DNA of 64,000 nt, from NCBI GenBank assembly GCA_043814315.1, contig JBDRKE010000010.1, positions 66,896 to 130,895 of the forward strand, in the 5' to 3' direction. Of this stretch, positions 1-8,345 are shown piece after piece (within the stretch, counting starts at the first letter, position 1; each line of letters begins with the position of its first letter). The notes under the pieces are model-generated. The model was not told where the DNA came from, made no database searches, and saw only the letters and a list, made by a program, of their open reading frames with translations. Origin of the DNA: Candidatus Omnitrophota bacterium (GTDB lineage: Bacteria > Omnitrophota > Gorgyraeia > Gygaellales > Profunditerraquicolaceae). The position numbers and the translations under genes are program-made.

Positions 1-17
1 TACCAGGGAGGGATGTC

Positions 18-419
18 ATGCCAAACAAAAAAGGATATTCCTTGCTCGAGGTGATTATTGCCGTAGTCATCGTCAGTATCATAGCCGCTTTATCTTTGAC
101 CTATTATAATAACATAAAAGAAGCTACGTTGGACAAACAGGCCAAAGCGGATTTGAAGCTGTTGCGATCCGCTCAAATGAGCTATAAGATGGATAATAAT
201 AACGTTTATTATCCATCAGGCGGCAGCAGCTCAAATCTAGGTGATATTAATAATAATTTGAAAGTGAACCTTCCGACGGCTGCTACCCGGGCCTGGAATT
301 TTCGGGTTTGGTCAAGCGGATGCAACAGGGCCACCAGAAATGGAGACAATGGAAGGAGCTGGTATCTTACAATAAATGATGCTGACGGAGAACCCGATGC
401 GGGAGCAGGATGCCCATGA
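18..419 (+). CDS. type IV pilin / pseudopilin-like protein
   Basis: The N-terminus MPNKKG|YSLLEVIIAVVIVSIIAA has a short basic leader, a Gly, then a hydrophobic helix with Glu at +5. The C-terminal half resembles ORF 30418..30831 (NNNLKVNLP vs NDNLKVLLS; both end in CP). Its stop overlaps the argG start. Confidence 0.75.
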   Translation: MPNKKGYSLLEVIIAVVIVSIIAALSLTYYNNIKEATLDKQAKADLKLLRSAQMSYKMDNNNVYYPSGGSSSNLGDINNNLKVNLPTAATRAWNFRVWSSGCNRATRNGDNGRSWYLTINDADGEPDAGAGCP

Positions 420-1600
420 TGAAAAAAGTTATCTTAGCCTATTCGGGGGGTTTAGACACATCCTGTGCCATACGGTGGCTTAAGGAGCAAGGACTTGAGG
501 TTATTTGTTTTGTGGCTGATTTGGGTCAGGGGTTAAGCCAGGGAGAAGATTTTGAGGAGATCGAGGCGAGAGCCTTGGCTGCCGGTGCTTCAAAAGTCTA
601 TATTAAAGATCTTCAGGATGAATTCGTGGAAGATTTTATTCTGCCGGCCCTTAAGGCCCATGCGGTCTATGAAGGAAAATATTTATTGGCCACAGCCTTG
701 GGCAGGCCTTTGATTGCCAAATACCTGGTTCAGATAGCCCATAAGGAAAAAGCGGATGCCGTGGCCCACGGATGCACCGGAAAGGGGAATGATCAGGTGC
801 GGTTTGAGGTTACGGCAGGGATTCTGGATCCCAAACTGGAGGTCATCGCGCCTGTACGGGAGTGGGAGTTTAAATCCAGAGAAGAGGAGATAGAGTACGC
901 CCACATGTATAATATTCCCATAGATGTCACTAAGAAGAAACCCTATAGCATTGACAGAAATATCTGGGGTATCAGCATTGAAGCGGGTATCTTGGAGAAT
1001 TTAGAGCAGGAGCCTCCGGAGGATGCCTATCTTATCACGAAGAGCCCGACTTCCCAGTCGACTTACCCGAAATATATCGAGATTTATTTTGAAAAGGGTG
1101 TGCCCAAAAAGGTGGATGGCAAAACCTATAGATTAAAAAATTTGATCAACCATCTTAATGAGTTAGGAGGTTCCCACGGCGTGGGAAGAACCGACCTTGT
1201 GGAGAACAGGTTGGTGGGAATCAAATCCAGAGAGATTTATGAAGCGCCCGGGGCCACCATCCTTTATGCGGCGCATAAGGAATTAGAGAGCCTGGTCCTG
1301 GACAGAGAGCTCGCGCACTTCAAGGAGATAGTTTCGCTTAAATATGCGGAGTTGGTCTACTACGGGCTCTGGCATTCACCCCTTAAGGAAGCCCTGGATA
1401 AATTTGTGGATGCGACGCAAAAACACGTGACAGGTTCCATAAAACTAAAATTGTTTAAGGGAAATTGCGTGGCTGCGGCAAGAAAATCCAAACACTCCCT
1501 TTACAAAAAGGAATTAAGCACCTACGGGAAAGCGGATAAATTCGACCAGAAATTAGCAGAGGGATTTATTAAGTTGTGGGGGATGCCGTATAAAAGATAA
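410..1600 (+). CDS. argG: argininosuccinate synthase
   Basis: 396 aa with the AYSGGLDTS ATP-binding motif and the conserved blocks GCTGKGNDQVRFE and NRLVGIKSREIYE. The start could instead be the ATG at 416 or 419. Confidence 0.95.
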   Translation: MPMMKKVILAYSGGLDTSCAIRWLKEQGLEVICFVADLGQGLSQGEDFEEIEARALAAGASKVYIKDLQDEFVEDFILPALKAHAVYEGKYLLATALGRPLIAKYLVQIAHKEKADAVAHGCTGKGNDQVRFEVTAGILDPKLEVIAPVREWEFKSREEEIEYAHMYNIPIDVTKKKPYSIDRNIWGISIEAGILENLEQEPPEDAYLITKSPTSQSTYPKYIEIYFEKGVPKKVDGKTYRLKNLINHLNELGGSHGVGRTDLVENRLVGIKSREIYEAPGATILYAAHKELESLVLDRELAHFKEIVSLKYAELVYYGLWHSPLKEALDKFVDATQKHVTGSIKLKLFKGNCVAAARKSKHSLYKKELSTYGKADKFDQKLAEGFIKLWGMPYKR

Positions 1601-1637
1601 ATCCAAAATTCAAAATCCAAAACTAAAGAGGAGTAAA

Positions 1638-2927
1638 ATGGCGAAGAAATTATGGGGAGGTAGATTCAGTAAAAAGGCTCATCCCCTGACGGAAGAGTTT
1701 ACAAAATCCATTTCGTTTGATTACAAACTGTTACATTATGATATTGCAGGGTCTCTGGCGCACGTAGGTATCCTGAAAAGCGCGGGAATCATTTCAGCTG
1801 TGGAGGCTGCAAAGATTTCCCAGGGGCTTAAGTCCATCAAGTTCGACTCTAGGCTTGCGGATTATCAAGAGGATGTCCATACTTTCATTCAGAACCAATT
1901 GCATAGGAGAATCGGGAAACTGGCGTTGAAATTACACACAGCACGCTCAAGAAATGATCAGGTCGTCTTTTCCACGAAAATGTATTGCAAGGATAACCTT
2001 AAAAAGCTAATACAGGAGATCGATGGTTTTAGCAGCGCTTTAGGAACTCAGGTGAAGAAGCAAGCTCAGCTTATTCTCCCCGGGTTTACCCATTTGCAGC
2101 ATGCTCAGCCGGTTTACCTGAAGGACTATCTGAATGCTTACGCGTTGATGCTTAACCGGGACAAAAAAAGACTGGAGCTCATCCAAAAGAATGAGAAAGC
2201 GACATTAGGAGCCGGTGCCCTTGCCGGTACACCTATTGCCGCTTTAAAATACGCTAAGTTCGCTACGGCCAATTCATTGGATGCCGTAAGCAATAGAGAT
2301 TTTGTCTTGGAAATCATCAGCGCCTTGTCTATCCTAGCCATGCATTTATCAAGGTTGGCTGAAGATTTGATTATTTGGTCCACCAAGGAATTTGACTTCG
2401 TGGAGATTGACGAGGCTTTTTGCACAGGCAGTTCTCTGATGCCACAGAAGAAAAATCCTGATGTGCTGGAGTTGGTGAGAGGCTATGCAGGAAGGCTTTA
2501 TGGTAATCTGGTAAGTGTTCTAACGATGATGAAGGGGTTACCGCTGACTTATAACAGAGATATGCAATTGGATAAGGAACCTTTGTTTGATTCATTTGAA
2601 ATCGTTTCCAGGGAATTAAAAGTATTAACCGGGCTCATCGAGACGCTTAAATTCAATGAGAAGAAAATAAAAGAACACTTAAAGGATGAGTCTTTATATG
2701 CCACTGATTTAGTGTATTATCTTGTCGATAGAAAGATTCCCTTTAAAGAGGCGCATACGGCTATCGGCAAATTAGTGAAATATTCTCTGGATCATGGAAT
2801 CCAGATCAAAGACATGCCGGAAAGTTTATTGAACAAGTTTTCGAATAAAATTGTTAAAAAAGAAATAATAAAATTATTCGATCCGTTAGTTTCTGTCAGG
2901 TCGAAAAAGTCAATTAAGAGGAAATAA
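1638..2927 (+). CDS. argH: argininosuccinate lyase
   Basis: 429 aa. N-terminus LWGGRF, the lyase-family signature GSSLMPQKKNPD, and adjacency to argG. Confidence 0.93.
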   Translation: MAKKLWGGRFSKKAHPLTEEFTKSISFDYKLLHYDIAGSLAHVGILKSAGIISAVEAAKISQGLKSIKFDSRLADYQEDVHTFIQNQLHRRIGKLALKLHTARSRNDQVVFSTKMYCKDNLKKLIQEIDGFSSALGTQVKKQAQLILPGFTHLQHAQPVYLKDYLNAYALMLNRDKKRLELIQKNEKATLGAGALAGTPIAALKYAKFATANSLDAVSNRDFVLEIISALSILAMHLSRLAEDLIIWSTKEFDFVEIDEAFCTGSSLMPQKKNPDVLELVRGYAGRLYGNLVSVLTMMKGLPLTYNRDMQLDKEPLFDSFEIVSRELKVLTGLIETLKFNEKKIKEHLKDESLYATDLVYYLVDRKIPFKEAHTAIGKLVKYSLDHGIQIKDMPESLLNKFSNKIVKKEIIKLFDPLVSVRSKKSIKRK

Positions 2928-2959
2928 GTAGCGGGTGGCTTGGACTGATGAGTATAAAA

Positions 2960-3192
2960 ATGCACCTGGCGAGGTGCGAGCGAATGGAGCTTTTAGCAAG
3001 AGGAGCTTGAGCATTTGAGGGAATCTCGAGGTCAACGCGAAGCGTTGGCAATCTCGGGACGGCTGTGGGTGTCTGAGCGACGAGCGAGAGCGCGAGGAGC
3101 GAGTTCCGCAGACGCCGAAAATGCGAAAGAACTCTTGCGTCCTGAGCGAAGCGAAGGAAAAGCGACCTGAGCGAGCAGCTTGGCAGGTGCAT
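2960..3192. repeat. 233-bp GC/purine-rich intergenic element bounded by a short inverted repeat
   Basis: Left end atgcacctg (2960..2968) is the reverse complement of right end caggtgcat (3184..3192). The interior is full of gagcgaagcgaagg / gagcgacgagcgag motifs related to the cores at 15996..16024 and 18648..18690. Confidence 0.6.
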
Positions 3193-3221
3193 GTAACCGT
3201 CAAATAGTTTGGTAAGATTCC

Positions 3222-4499
3222 ATGCACGACTTTAAATATAAAAACAATCAGCTTTATTGCGAACAGGTTAAAGTCGAGGATTTAGCCAGGAAATTCGGCA
3301 CGCCTCTTTACGTCTACAGTTACCGTACTTTGATAGACCATTTCCTTAAACTGCAACATGCTTTTAAGAGCATAAATCCCCTGATCTGTTTCTCCGCAAA
3401 ATCCAATTCCAATCTGGCTATCCTGAAAGCCCTGGTGGATAAGGGGGCGGGCCTGGATATCGTTTCGGGGGGTGAGCTTTACAGGGCGCTTCGCGTGGGT
3501 TGCCCGCCCGAAAGAATCGTCTATGCTTCCGTCGGGAAAACCGAGCGCGAGATAGAAGAGGCTATCCGCCGAAGGATCCTTTTCTTTAATGTAGAAAGCA
3601 CAGCGGAATTGGAAAATATCAACCGTATAGCCAGAAGACTCAAACGGATTACGCGCCTGGCCATACGCATCAACCCGGATGTTGAGCCAAAAACCCACAG
3701 GTATATTACCACGGGAAAATTGACCAATAAATTCGGCATAGATTTCAGAAGCGCCTATCAGATTTTAATGGTGCGCCAAGCCCTCTCGCATGTGAAAATA
3801 TCCGGTTTGCATATCCACATCGGCTCTCAGATAACAGAAAGTGCTCCTTATGTTGCCGCTATGACCAAAATGGCAGCGTTTATTGAAAAACTGAGGAAGA
3901 AAGGAATAGGCCTTGAGTATCTTAATATCGGGGGCGGCCTGGGTATTGTCTATAATCACGAAACTCCGCAAACAGCCGTCCACTTTGCCGGTAAGGTCTT
4001 GCCTTTGCTTAAAAGGACAGGTTTAAAGATTATCTTAGAGCCAGGCAGATTCATTGTCGGCAATGCCGGTATCCTGGTTACAAAAGTGTTGTATCTTAAA
4101 TCGAGCCCTAGAAAGAAATTTGTCATTGTCGATGCGGGAATGAATGACTTGATCCGGCCTGCTTTGTATAACGCCTATCATCAGATTCTGCCCTTACGCA
4201 ATACGCAATACGCAATACGCAATACGCAGAAAGTCGATATAGTGGGCCCGATATGCGAAAGTGGCGATTTCTTTGCCAAAGAAAGGCCATTGCCTCAAGT
4301 CAAAGAAGGCCAGTATCTGGCAGTCATGAGTGCGGGCGCTTACGGTTTTAGCATGGCCTCTAATTATAATTCGCGAAAGAGGCCGCAGGAAATCATGGTC
4401 TTAAAGAATAAGTCCTTTGTCATAAGAAAAAGAGAGAACGAAAAAGATTTGGTTTGTAACGAAGTCATCCCGTCTTTTCTGTTTAAGGATACAGTATGA
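3222..4499 (+). CDS. lysA: diaminopimelate decarboxylase
   Basis: 425 aa. Conserved blocks GTPLYVY, FSAKSNSN and GPICESGD, within a lysine-operon context. Confidence 0.9.
   Translation: MHDFKYKNNQLYCEQVKVEDLARKFGTPLYVYSYRTLIDHFLKLQHAFKSINPLICFSAKSNSNLAILKALVDKGAGLDIVSGGELYRALRVGCPPERIVYASVGKTEREIEEAIRRRILFFNVESTAELENINRIARRLKRITRLAIRINPDVEPKTHRYITTGKLTNKFGIDFRSAYQILMVRQALSHVKISGLHIHIGSQITESAPYVAAMTKMAAFIEKLRKKGIGLEYLNIGGGLGIVYNHETPQTAVHFAGKVLPLLKRTGLKIILEPGRFIVGNAGILVTKVLYLKSSPRKKFVIVDAGMNDLIRPALYNAYHQILPLRNTQYAIRNTQKVDIVGPICESGDFFAKERPLPQVKEGQYLAVMSAGAYGFSMASNYNSRKRPQEIMVLKNKSFVIRKRENEKDLVCNEVIPSFLFKDTV
4196..4228 (+). repeat. heptanucleotide tandem repeat (acgcaat, about 4.7 copies) inside lysA
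   Basis: Read directly: acgcaat x4 followed by acgca. It is translated in frame as RNTQYAIRNTQ, just upstream of the conserved VDIVGPICESGD block. Confidence 0.9.
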
Positions 4500-5335
4500 A
4501 AAAAATAGAGTTTACCAAGATGGTCGCTTCCGGGAATGATTTCGTTGTTGCTGAGAAAAAACAACTATCCGCTATCCGCTATCCGCTATCCGCTATAGCT
4601 AATCAGATATGCAATAGGAAGTATGGTATAGGCGCTGACGGGTTGCTTATTCTTGAGAAAACAAAGGCAGCGGATATCAGGATGCGCGTGTTTAACGCCG
4701 ATGGTTCAGAAGCCGAGATGTGCGGGAATGGGGCAAGGTGCGTCGCCCTGTGGTTGAGTTCAAAGTTCCTGCCTGCCCGGCAGGCAGGCAAAGTTCATGG
4801 TTTAGAGTATAAAATCCAAACAAAAGCCGGCATCATTAAAGCCCAAGTCAATGGCGCATTAATAAGAATAAAGCTGACTGACCCCGCCGCTATAAAATTA
4901 AACGTACCCATCAGGATAAACAAGAAAATGCTGCACGTTAATTTTGTCAACACGGGGGTTCCTCATGCCGTGATATTTGTGGAGGGGTTGGATAAAATAG
5001 AAGTTGTAAGTTTGGGCAGGCAGGTGCGTTTCCATAAGGCGTTCTCGCCCGCAGGGGCCAATGTGGATTTTGTGGAAGCCTTAAATGATCATACTCTCGG
5101 ATTGAGAACATATGAGAGGGGTGTTGAGGATGAAACTCTGGCCTGCGGCACAGGAGCGGTTGCCTCGGCTTTAGCATACGTTATGCGCTACGCGCGAAAC
5201 GCCAAACAAATAAGAGTGCATACCCAGGGCAAGGAGATATTAAAAGTCTATTTTGAGAGAACAGGCCATAAATTAAAGAATGTTTGGTTAGAAGGAAAAA
5301 CGAAGGTTATTTGCAAAGGAGCGTATTATGTTTAA
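4496..5335 (+). CDS. dapF: diaminopimelate epimerase
   Basis: 279 aa. Contains SGNDFVV and the catalytic-Cys contexts MCGNGARC and ACGTGA. Confidence 0.9.
   Translation: MKKIEFTKMVASGNDFVVAEKKQLSAIRYPLSAIANQICNRKYGIGADGLLILEKTKAADIRMRVFNADGSEAEMCGNGARCVALWLSSKFLPARQAGKVHGLEYKIQTKAGIIKAQVNGALIRIKLTDPAAIKLNVPIRINKKMLHVNFVNTGVPHAVIFVEGLDKIEVVSLGRQVRFHKAFSPAGANVDFVEALNDHTLGLRTYERGVEDETLACGTGAVASALAYVMRYARNAKQIRVHTQGKEILKVYFERTGHKLKNVWLEGKTKVICKGAYYV
4565..4596 (+). repeat. heptanucleotide tandem repeat (ctatccg, about 4.5 copies) inside dapF
   Basis: Read directly: ctatccg x4 followed by ctat. It is translated in frame as LSAIRYPLSAI. Confidence 0.9.
4768..4788. repeat. 21-nt palindrome cctgcctgcc-c-ggcaggcagg inside dapF
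   Basis: The 10-bp arms are identical to the intergenic perfect palindrome at 10562..10581. It is flanked by the direct repeat caaagttc (4761..4768 and 4789..4796) and encodes part of FLPARQAGK. Confidence 0.85.
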
Positions 5336-6203
5336 AGGCTCGATGGTCGCCATCGTGACACCGTTTAAGAACGGGAAAGTAGACGAAAAGAAACTCAGGG
5401 ACCTAATTGACTTTCATATTAAGAGCGGCACAGCGGGGATTGTGCCTTGCGGCACAACCGGAGAATCCGCCACTTTGTCTTTTGAGGAACACGACCATGT
5501 TATTGAGGCTACCATTGATCAGGTAAGTCGCAGGGTCCCGGTCATTGCCGGCACAGGTTCCAATTCCACGGAAGAGGCGGTTATGCTGACGCGTCATGCC
5601 GCCAAAGCAGGCGCGGATGCGTCTTTGCAGGTGTCTCCTTATTACAACCGCCCCACACAGAAAGGCCTTTATGAACACTTTAAAGCTGTTGCGGATTCGG
5701 TTTCTATCCCGATCCTGCTTTATAATATCGCTTCAAGAACCGGGGTTAACATAGAGCCCGAGACAATAGCCAGGCTCACCCGTGATTGCAAAAATATTGT
5801 TGGCGTCAAAGAGGCTTCAGGAAGCCTGGATCAGATGTCGCGCATAAAATGGTTGTGTAAAGAGAATTTTGATCTTATCTCAGGAGATGACAGCCTGACT
5901 CTGCCCGTATTAAGCATTGCAGGCACAGGTGTTATTTCCGTCGTTGCCAATATTGTACCCAAAGATGTCGCTGGGCTGGTTCTTGAGTTTGAGAAAGGTA
6001 ATGTTAAAAGAGCCCAGGAGATCCATTTCAAATTATTACCCTTGATTAAAGCCATGTTTTTAGAAACAAATCCTATACCCGTTAAAACGGCTATGGGGCT
6101 ATTAGGGATGTGTGAACCGGATTTGAGGCTTCCCATGTGCCCCATGTCCGAGGAGAATCTGGAGAAACTGAAGGCAGCGCTGAAAGATTATGGATTACTG
6201 TGA
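5328..6203 (+). CDS. dapA: 4-hydroxy-tetrahydrodipicolinate synthase
   Basis: 291 aa. N-terminus GSMVAIVTPF, GTTGES, and the active-site Lys context GVKEASG. Confidence 0.93.
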   Translation: MFKGSMVAIVTPFKNGKVDEKKLRDLIDFHIKSGTAGIVPCGTTGESATLSFEEHDHVIEATIDQVSRRVPVIAGTGSNSTEEAVMLTRHAAKAGADASLQVSPYYNRPTQKGLYEHFKAVADSVSIPILLYNIASRTGVNIEPETIARLTRDCKNIVGVKEASGSLDQMSRIKWLCKENFDLISGDDSLTLPVLSIAGTGVISVVANIVPKDVAGLVLEFEKGNVKRAQEIHFKLLPLIKAMFLETNPIPVKTAMGLLGMCEPDLRLPMCPMSEENLEKLKAALKDYGLL

Positions 6204-6206
6204 GAA

Positions 6207-6364
6207 GCGTAAAACGCAAAGCGAAAAGCGTAAAACTAAAGCGGAAAACTTCCCGTTCGGCTATTAAATTTATTGCGGGATCCCGCTTTTCAGAAAATAG
6301 CTTAGCGGGAAAAACGTTTTGAGCTTACAACTTTAACTTTACGCTTTGCGCTTTGAGTTTTACG
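6207..6364. repeat. modular hairpin element (cgtaaaac/gcaaag arms, gcgggatcccgc core)
   Basis: The left arm gcgtaaaacgcaaagcgaaaagcgtaaaactaaagcg is roughly the reverse complement of the right arm ...ctttaactttacgctttgcgctttgagttttacg. The core holds the 12-nt palindrome gcgggatcccgc (6285..6296) and gcgggaaaaa. Confidence 0.8.
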
Positions 6365-6383
6365 TTAAAGCGAGGTGCTTGAT

Positions 6384-7094
6384 ATGATTAAGCTAGGTGT
6401 AGCCGGTGTTTGCGGAAGAATGGGGAGGCGTATATTTGAGTTGGCCTCTGTGGATAGGGATTTTGAGTTGACCCTTGCCCTTGAGAAAAAAGGTACGCCC
6501 ATGATTGGCCGGGATATGGGTAAGCTTAAGATATCCTCCAGTCCCGACGGCCTATTCCTTATTGATTGTTTTATAGATTTTACTACTCCCGAGGCAAGCG
6601 AGATTCATCTAGGGTATGTGGCAAAATACAAGAAACCCGTTGTCCTGGGCACAACCGGATTAAACGAAGCTCAATTAAAAGAAATAGAAGAGGTATCTAA
6701 AGTTGTCCCCGTGGTATTCTCACCGAATATGGCTGTCGGTGTAAACGTTTTGTTTGCCCTTTTGCCTGAAATAGCTAAGAGATTAGGTTTGGATTACAGC
6801 GTGGAGATCATAGAGGCCCACCATAAGGCGAAAAAAGACGCTCCTTCAGGAACGGCCAAGAAGCTGGGGCAGATTTTAGCGGATACCGCTAAAAAAGAAA
6901 TTCCTATCCATGCCATCCGGCTGGGGGATATTATCGGTGACCATACGGTCATATTCTGCGGTAACTCTGAGCGCATCGAAATAAAACATCAGGCGCACTC
7001 ACGCGATTTGTTCGCCCTGGGTGCTTTAAAGGCAGCGAAATGGATTGTTGGTAAACCTGCCGGTTTGTATTCGATGCAGGATGTGTTAAGATAG
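6384..7094 (+). CDS. dapB: 4-hydroxy-tetrahydrodipicolinate reductase
   Basis: N-terminus MIKLGVAGVCGRMG (Rossmann fold), EAHHKAKKDAPSGTA and HQAHSRDLFALGAL. The ATG at 6384 is preferred over the GTG at 6375 because of the upstream gcgagg Shine-Dalgarno (SD) sequence. Confidence 0.85.
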   Translation: MIKLGVAGVCGRMGRRIFELASVDRDFELTLALEKKGTPMIGRDMGKLKISSSPDGLFLIDCFIDFTTPEASEIHLGYVAKYKKPVVLGTTGLNEAQLKEIEEVSKVVPVVFSPNMAVGVNVLFALLPEIAKRLGLDYSVEIIEAHHKAKKDAPSGTAKKLGQILADTAKKEIPIHAIRLGDIIGDHTVIFCGNSERIEIKHQAHSRDLFALGALKAAKWIVGKPAGLYSMQDVLR

Positions 7095-7165
7095 CGTAAA
7101 GTGCAAAGTGAAAAACGCAAAACTAAAACGCTTTAAGTTCTAACTTTACGCTTTGAGCTTTACGT
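7095..7165. repeat. coreless hairpin element (cgtaaag/gcaaag-type arms)
   Basis: gcgtaaagtgcaaagtgaaaaacgcaaaactaaaacg is followed directly by the imperfect complement ctttaagttctaactttacgctttgagctttacgt. Confidence 0.75.
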
Positions 7166-7184
7166 ACAACTTATAGGATAGAAT

Positions 7185-8345
7185 ATGTTTGAACTGTCAC
7201 AGAAGATTCAAAGTCTGCCTCCGTATCTTTTCGCGGAAATCGATAAGGCGAAAAGAAAGGCCCGGGCCGAAGGCAGGGACATCATTGACTTAGGCGTGGG
7301 GGATCCTGATACGCCGACGCCAAAACACATTATTCAGGCTTTGTGTCAGGCCGCACAGGATCCTGTTTGTCACCGATATGCTTTGGACCAGGGGATGCCG
7401 GCTTTACGACAAGCTATTCAGCGTTGGTACAAAAAAAGATTCAACGTGGATCTTAATCCTGATACAGAAATCCTGCCATTGATTGGTTCCAAGGAGGGGC
7501 TGGCTCACTTTCCGTTGGCATTCCTGAATAAAGGGGATTATTCTTTGGTACCTGATCCCTGTTATCCTCCTTATAAAGGCGGAACGATTCTTGCCGGAGG
7601 CAGGCCCTTTTCTTTACCGCTTCTTGAGCAGAATTCGTTTTTACCGGACCTGAAAAATATACCCTCTTCTATCCGAAAAAAAGCCAAGCTCATATATATC
7701 AATTATCCTAATAACCCTACTTCTGCGACCGCAGAAAAGGATTTTTTTAGCGCAACTGTAGCATTTGCTCTCAAAAATAAAATAGGGATTTTATCAGACT
7801 TAGCCTATTCGGAGATGGCTTATGACGGCTATAGGCCCTCTAGCGCCCTGGAGGTCGAAGGGGCCAAGGAAGCCGTTGTAGAATTTCATTCCCTGTCCAA
7901 GACTTTTAACATGACCGGTTGGCGTATCGGCTGGGCGTGCGGTAATGAAAAAGCGATAGCTGCCCTGGCCAAGGTCAAATCCAACATGGATTCAGGGATA
8001 TTTTCTGCGATTCAATTAGCCGGCGTGGCTGCCCTGGAAGGGCCCCAGGCGCATATCAAGGATATGTGTCAGTTGTATCAGCAGCGCAGGGATATTCTCA
8101 TAAAAAGTTTACATTCCCTGGGTTGGCCGGCAGATTCTCCCAAGGCCACTTTTTACGTCTGGATGAAAGTTCCGCGTAAGACCGATTCCATAACATTTGC
8201 TCAAGTCCTGCTGAAAAAGGCCGATATTGTTGTCACCCCCGGTGTAGGATTCGGCAGATACGGAGGCGGTTTTATCCGCATGGCCCTGACCGTGCCTGAA
8301 GAGAGGATAGAAGAAGCCATACGGCGCTTAAAAAAAATTCTATGA
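7185..8345 (+). CDS. dapL: LL-diaminopimelate aminotransferase (class I aminotransferase)
   Basis: 386 aa. N-terminus LPPYLFAEID...DLGVGDPD, the PLP-Lys context SLSKTFNMTGWRIGW, and position directly after dapA/dapB/dapF/lysA. No dapD/dapC/dapE genes are in the window. Confidence 0.7.
   Translation: MFELSQKIQSLPPYLFAEIDKAKRKARAEGRDIIDLGVGDPDTPTPKHIIQALCQAAQDPVCHRYALDQGMPALRQAIQRWYKKRFNVDLNPDTEILPLIGSKEGLAHFPLAFLNKGDYSLVPDPCYPPYKGGTILAGGRPFSLPLLEQNSFLPDLKNIPSSIRKKAKLIYINYPNNPTSATAEKDFFSATVAFALKNKIGILSDLAYSEMAYDGYRPSSALEVEGAKEAVVEFHSLSKTFNMTGWRIGWACGNEKAIAALAKVKSNMDSGIFSAIQLAGVAALEGPQAHIKDMCQLYQQRRDILIKSLHSLGWPADSPKATFYVWMKVPRKTDSITFAQVLLKKADIVVTPGVGFGRYGGGFIRMALTVPEERIEEAIRRLKKIL

Noticed and set aside
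6285-6296. The gcgggatcccgc palindrome as a restriction-modification target, since it contains GGATCC.
   Set aside because: No R-M genes are in the window, and the palindrome occurs only within the conserved core of two repeat elements. The embedded GGATCC is most likely incidental.
6137-6322. 61-aa + strand ORF spanning the dapA-dapB spacer, and similar small ORFs at 35020..35220 and 15927..16211.
   Set aside because: These reading frames run through the low-complexity arms and core of the hairpin elements. They have no SD, and their Lys/Arg/Ser-rich translation simply reflects repeat composition.
3222-8345. The lysine operon (lysA-dapF-dapA-dapB-dapL) as a novel pathway arrangement.
   Set aside because: The aminotransferase (DapL) variant of DAP/lysine synthesis is established in several phyla, and the gene set here is complete for it apart from asd/lysC. 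This is ordinary metabolism; only the embedded repeats are unusual.
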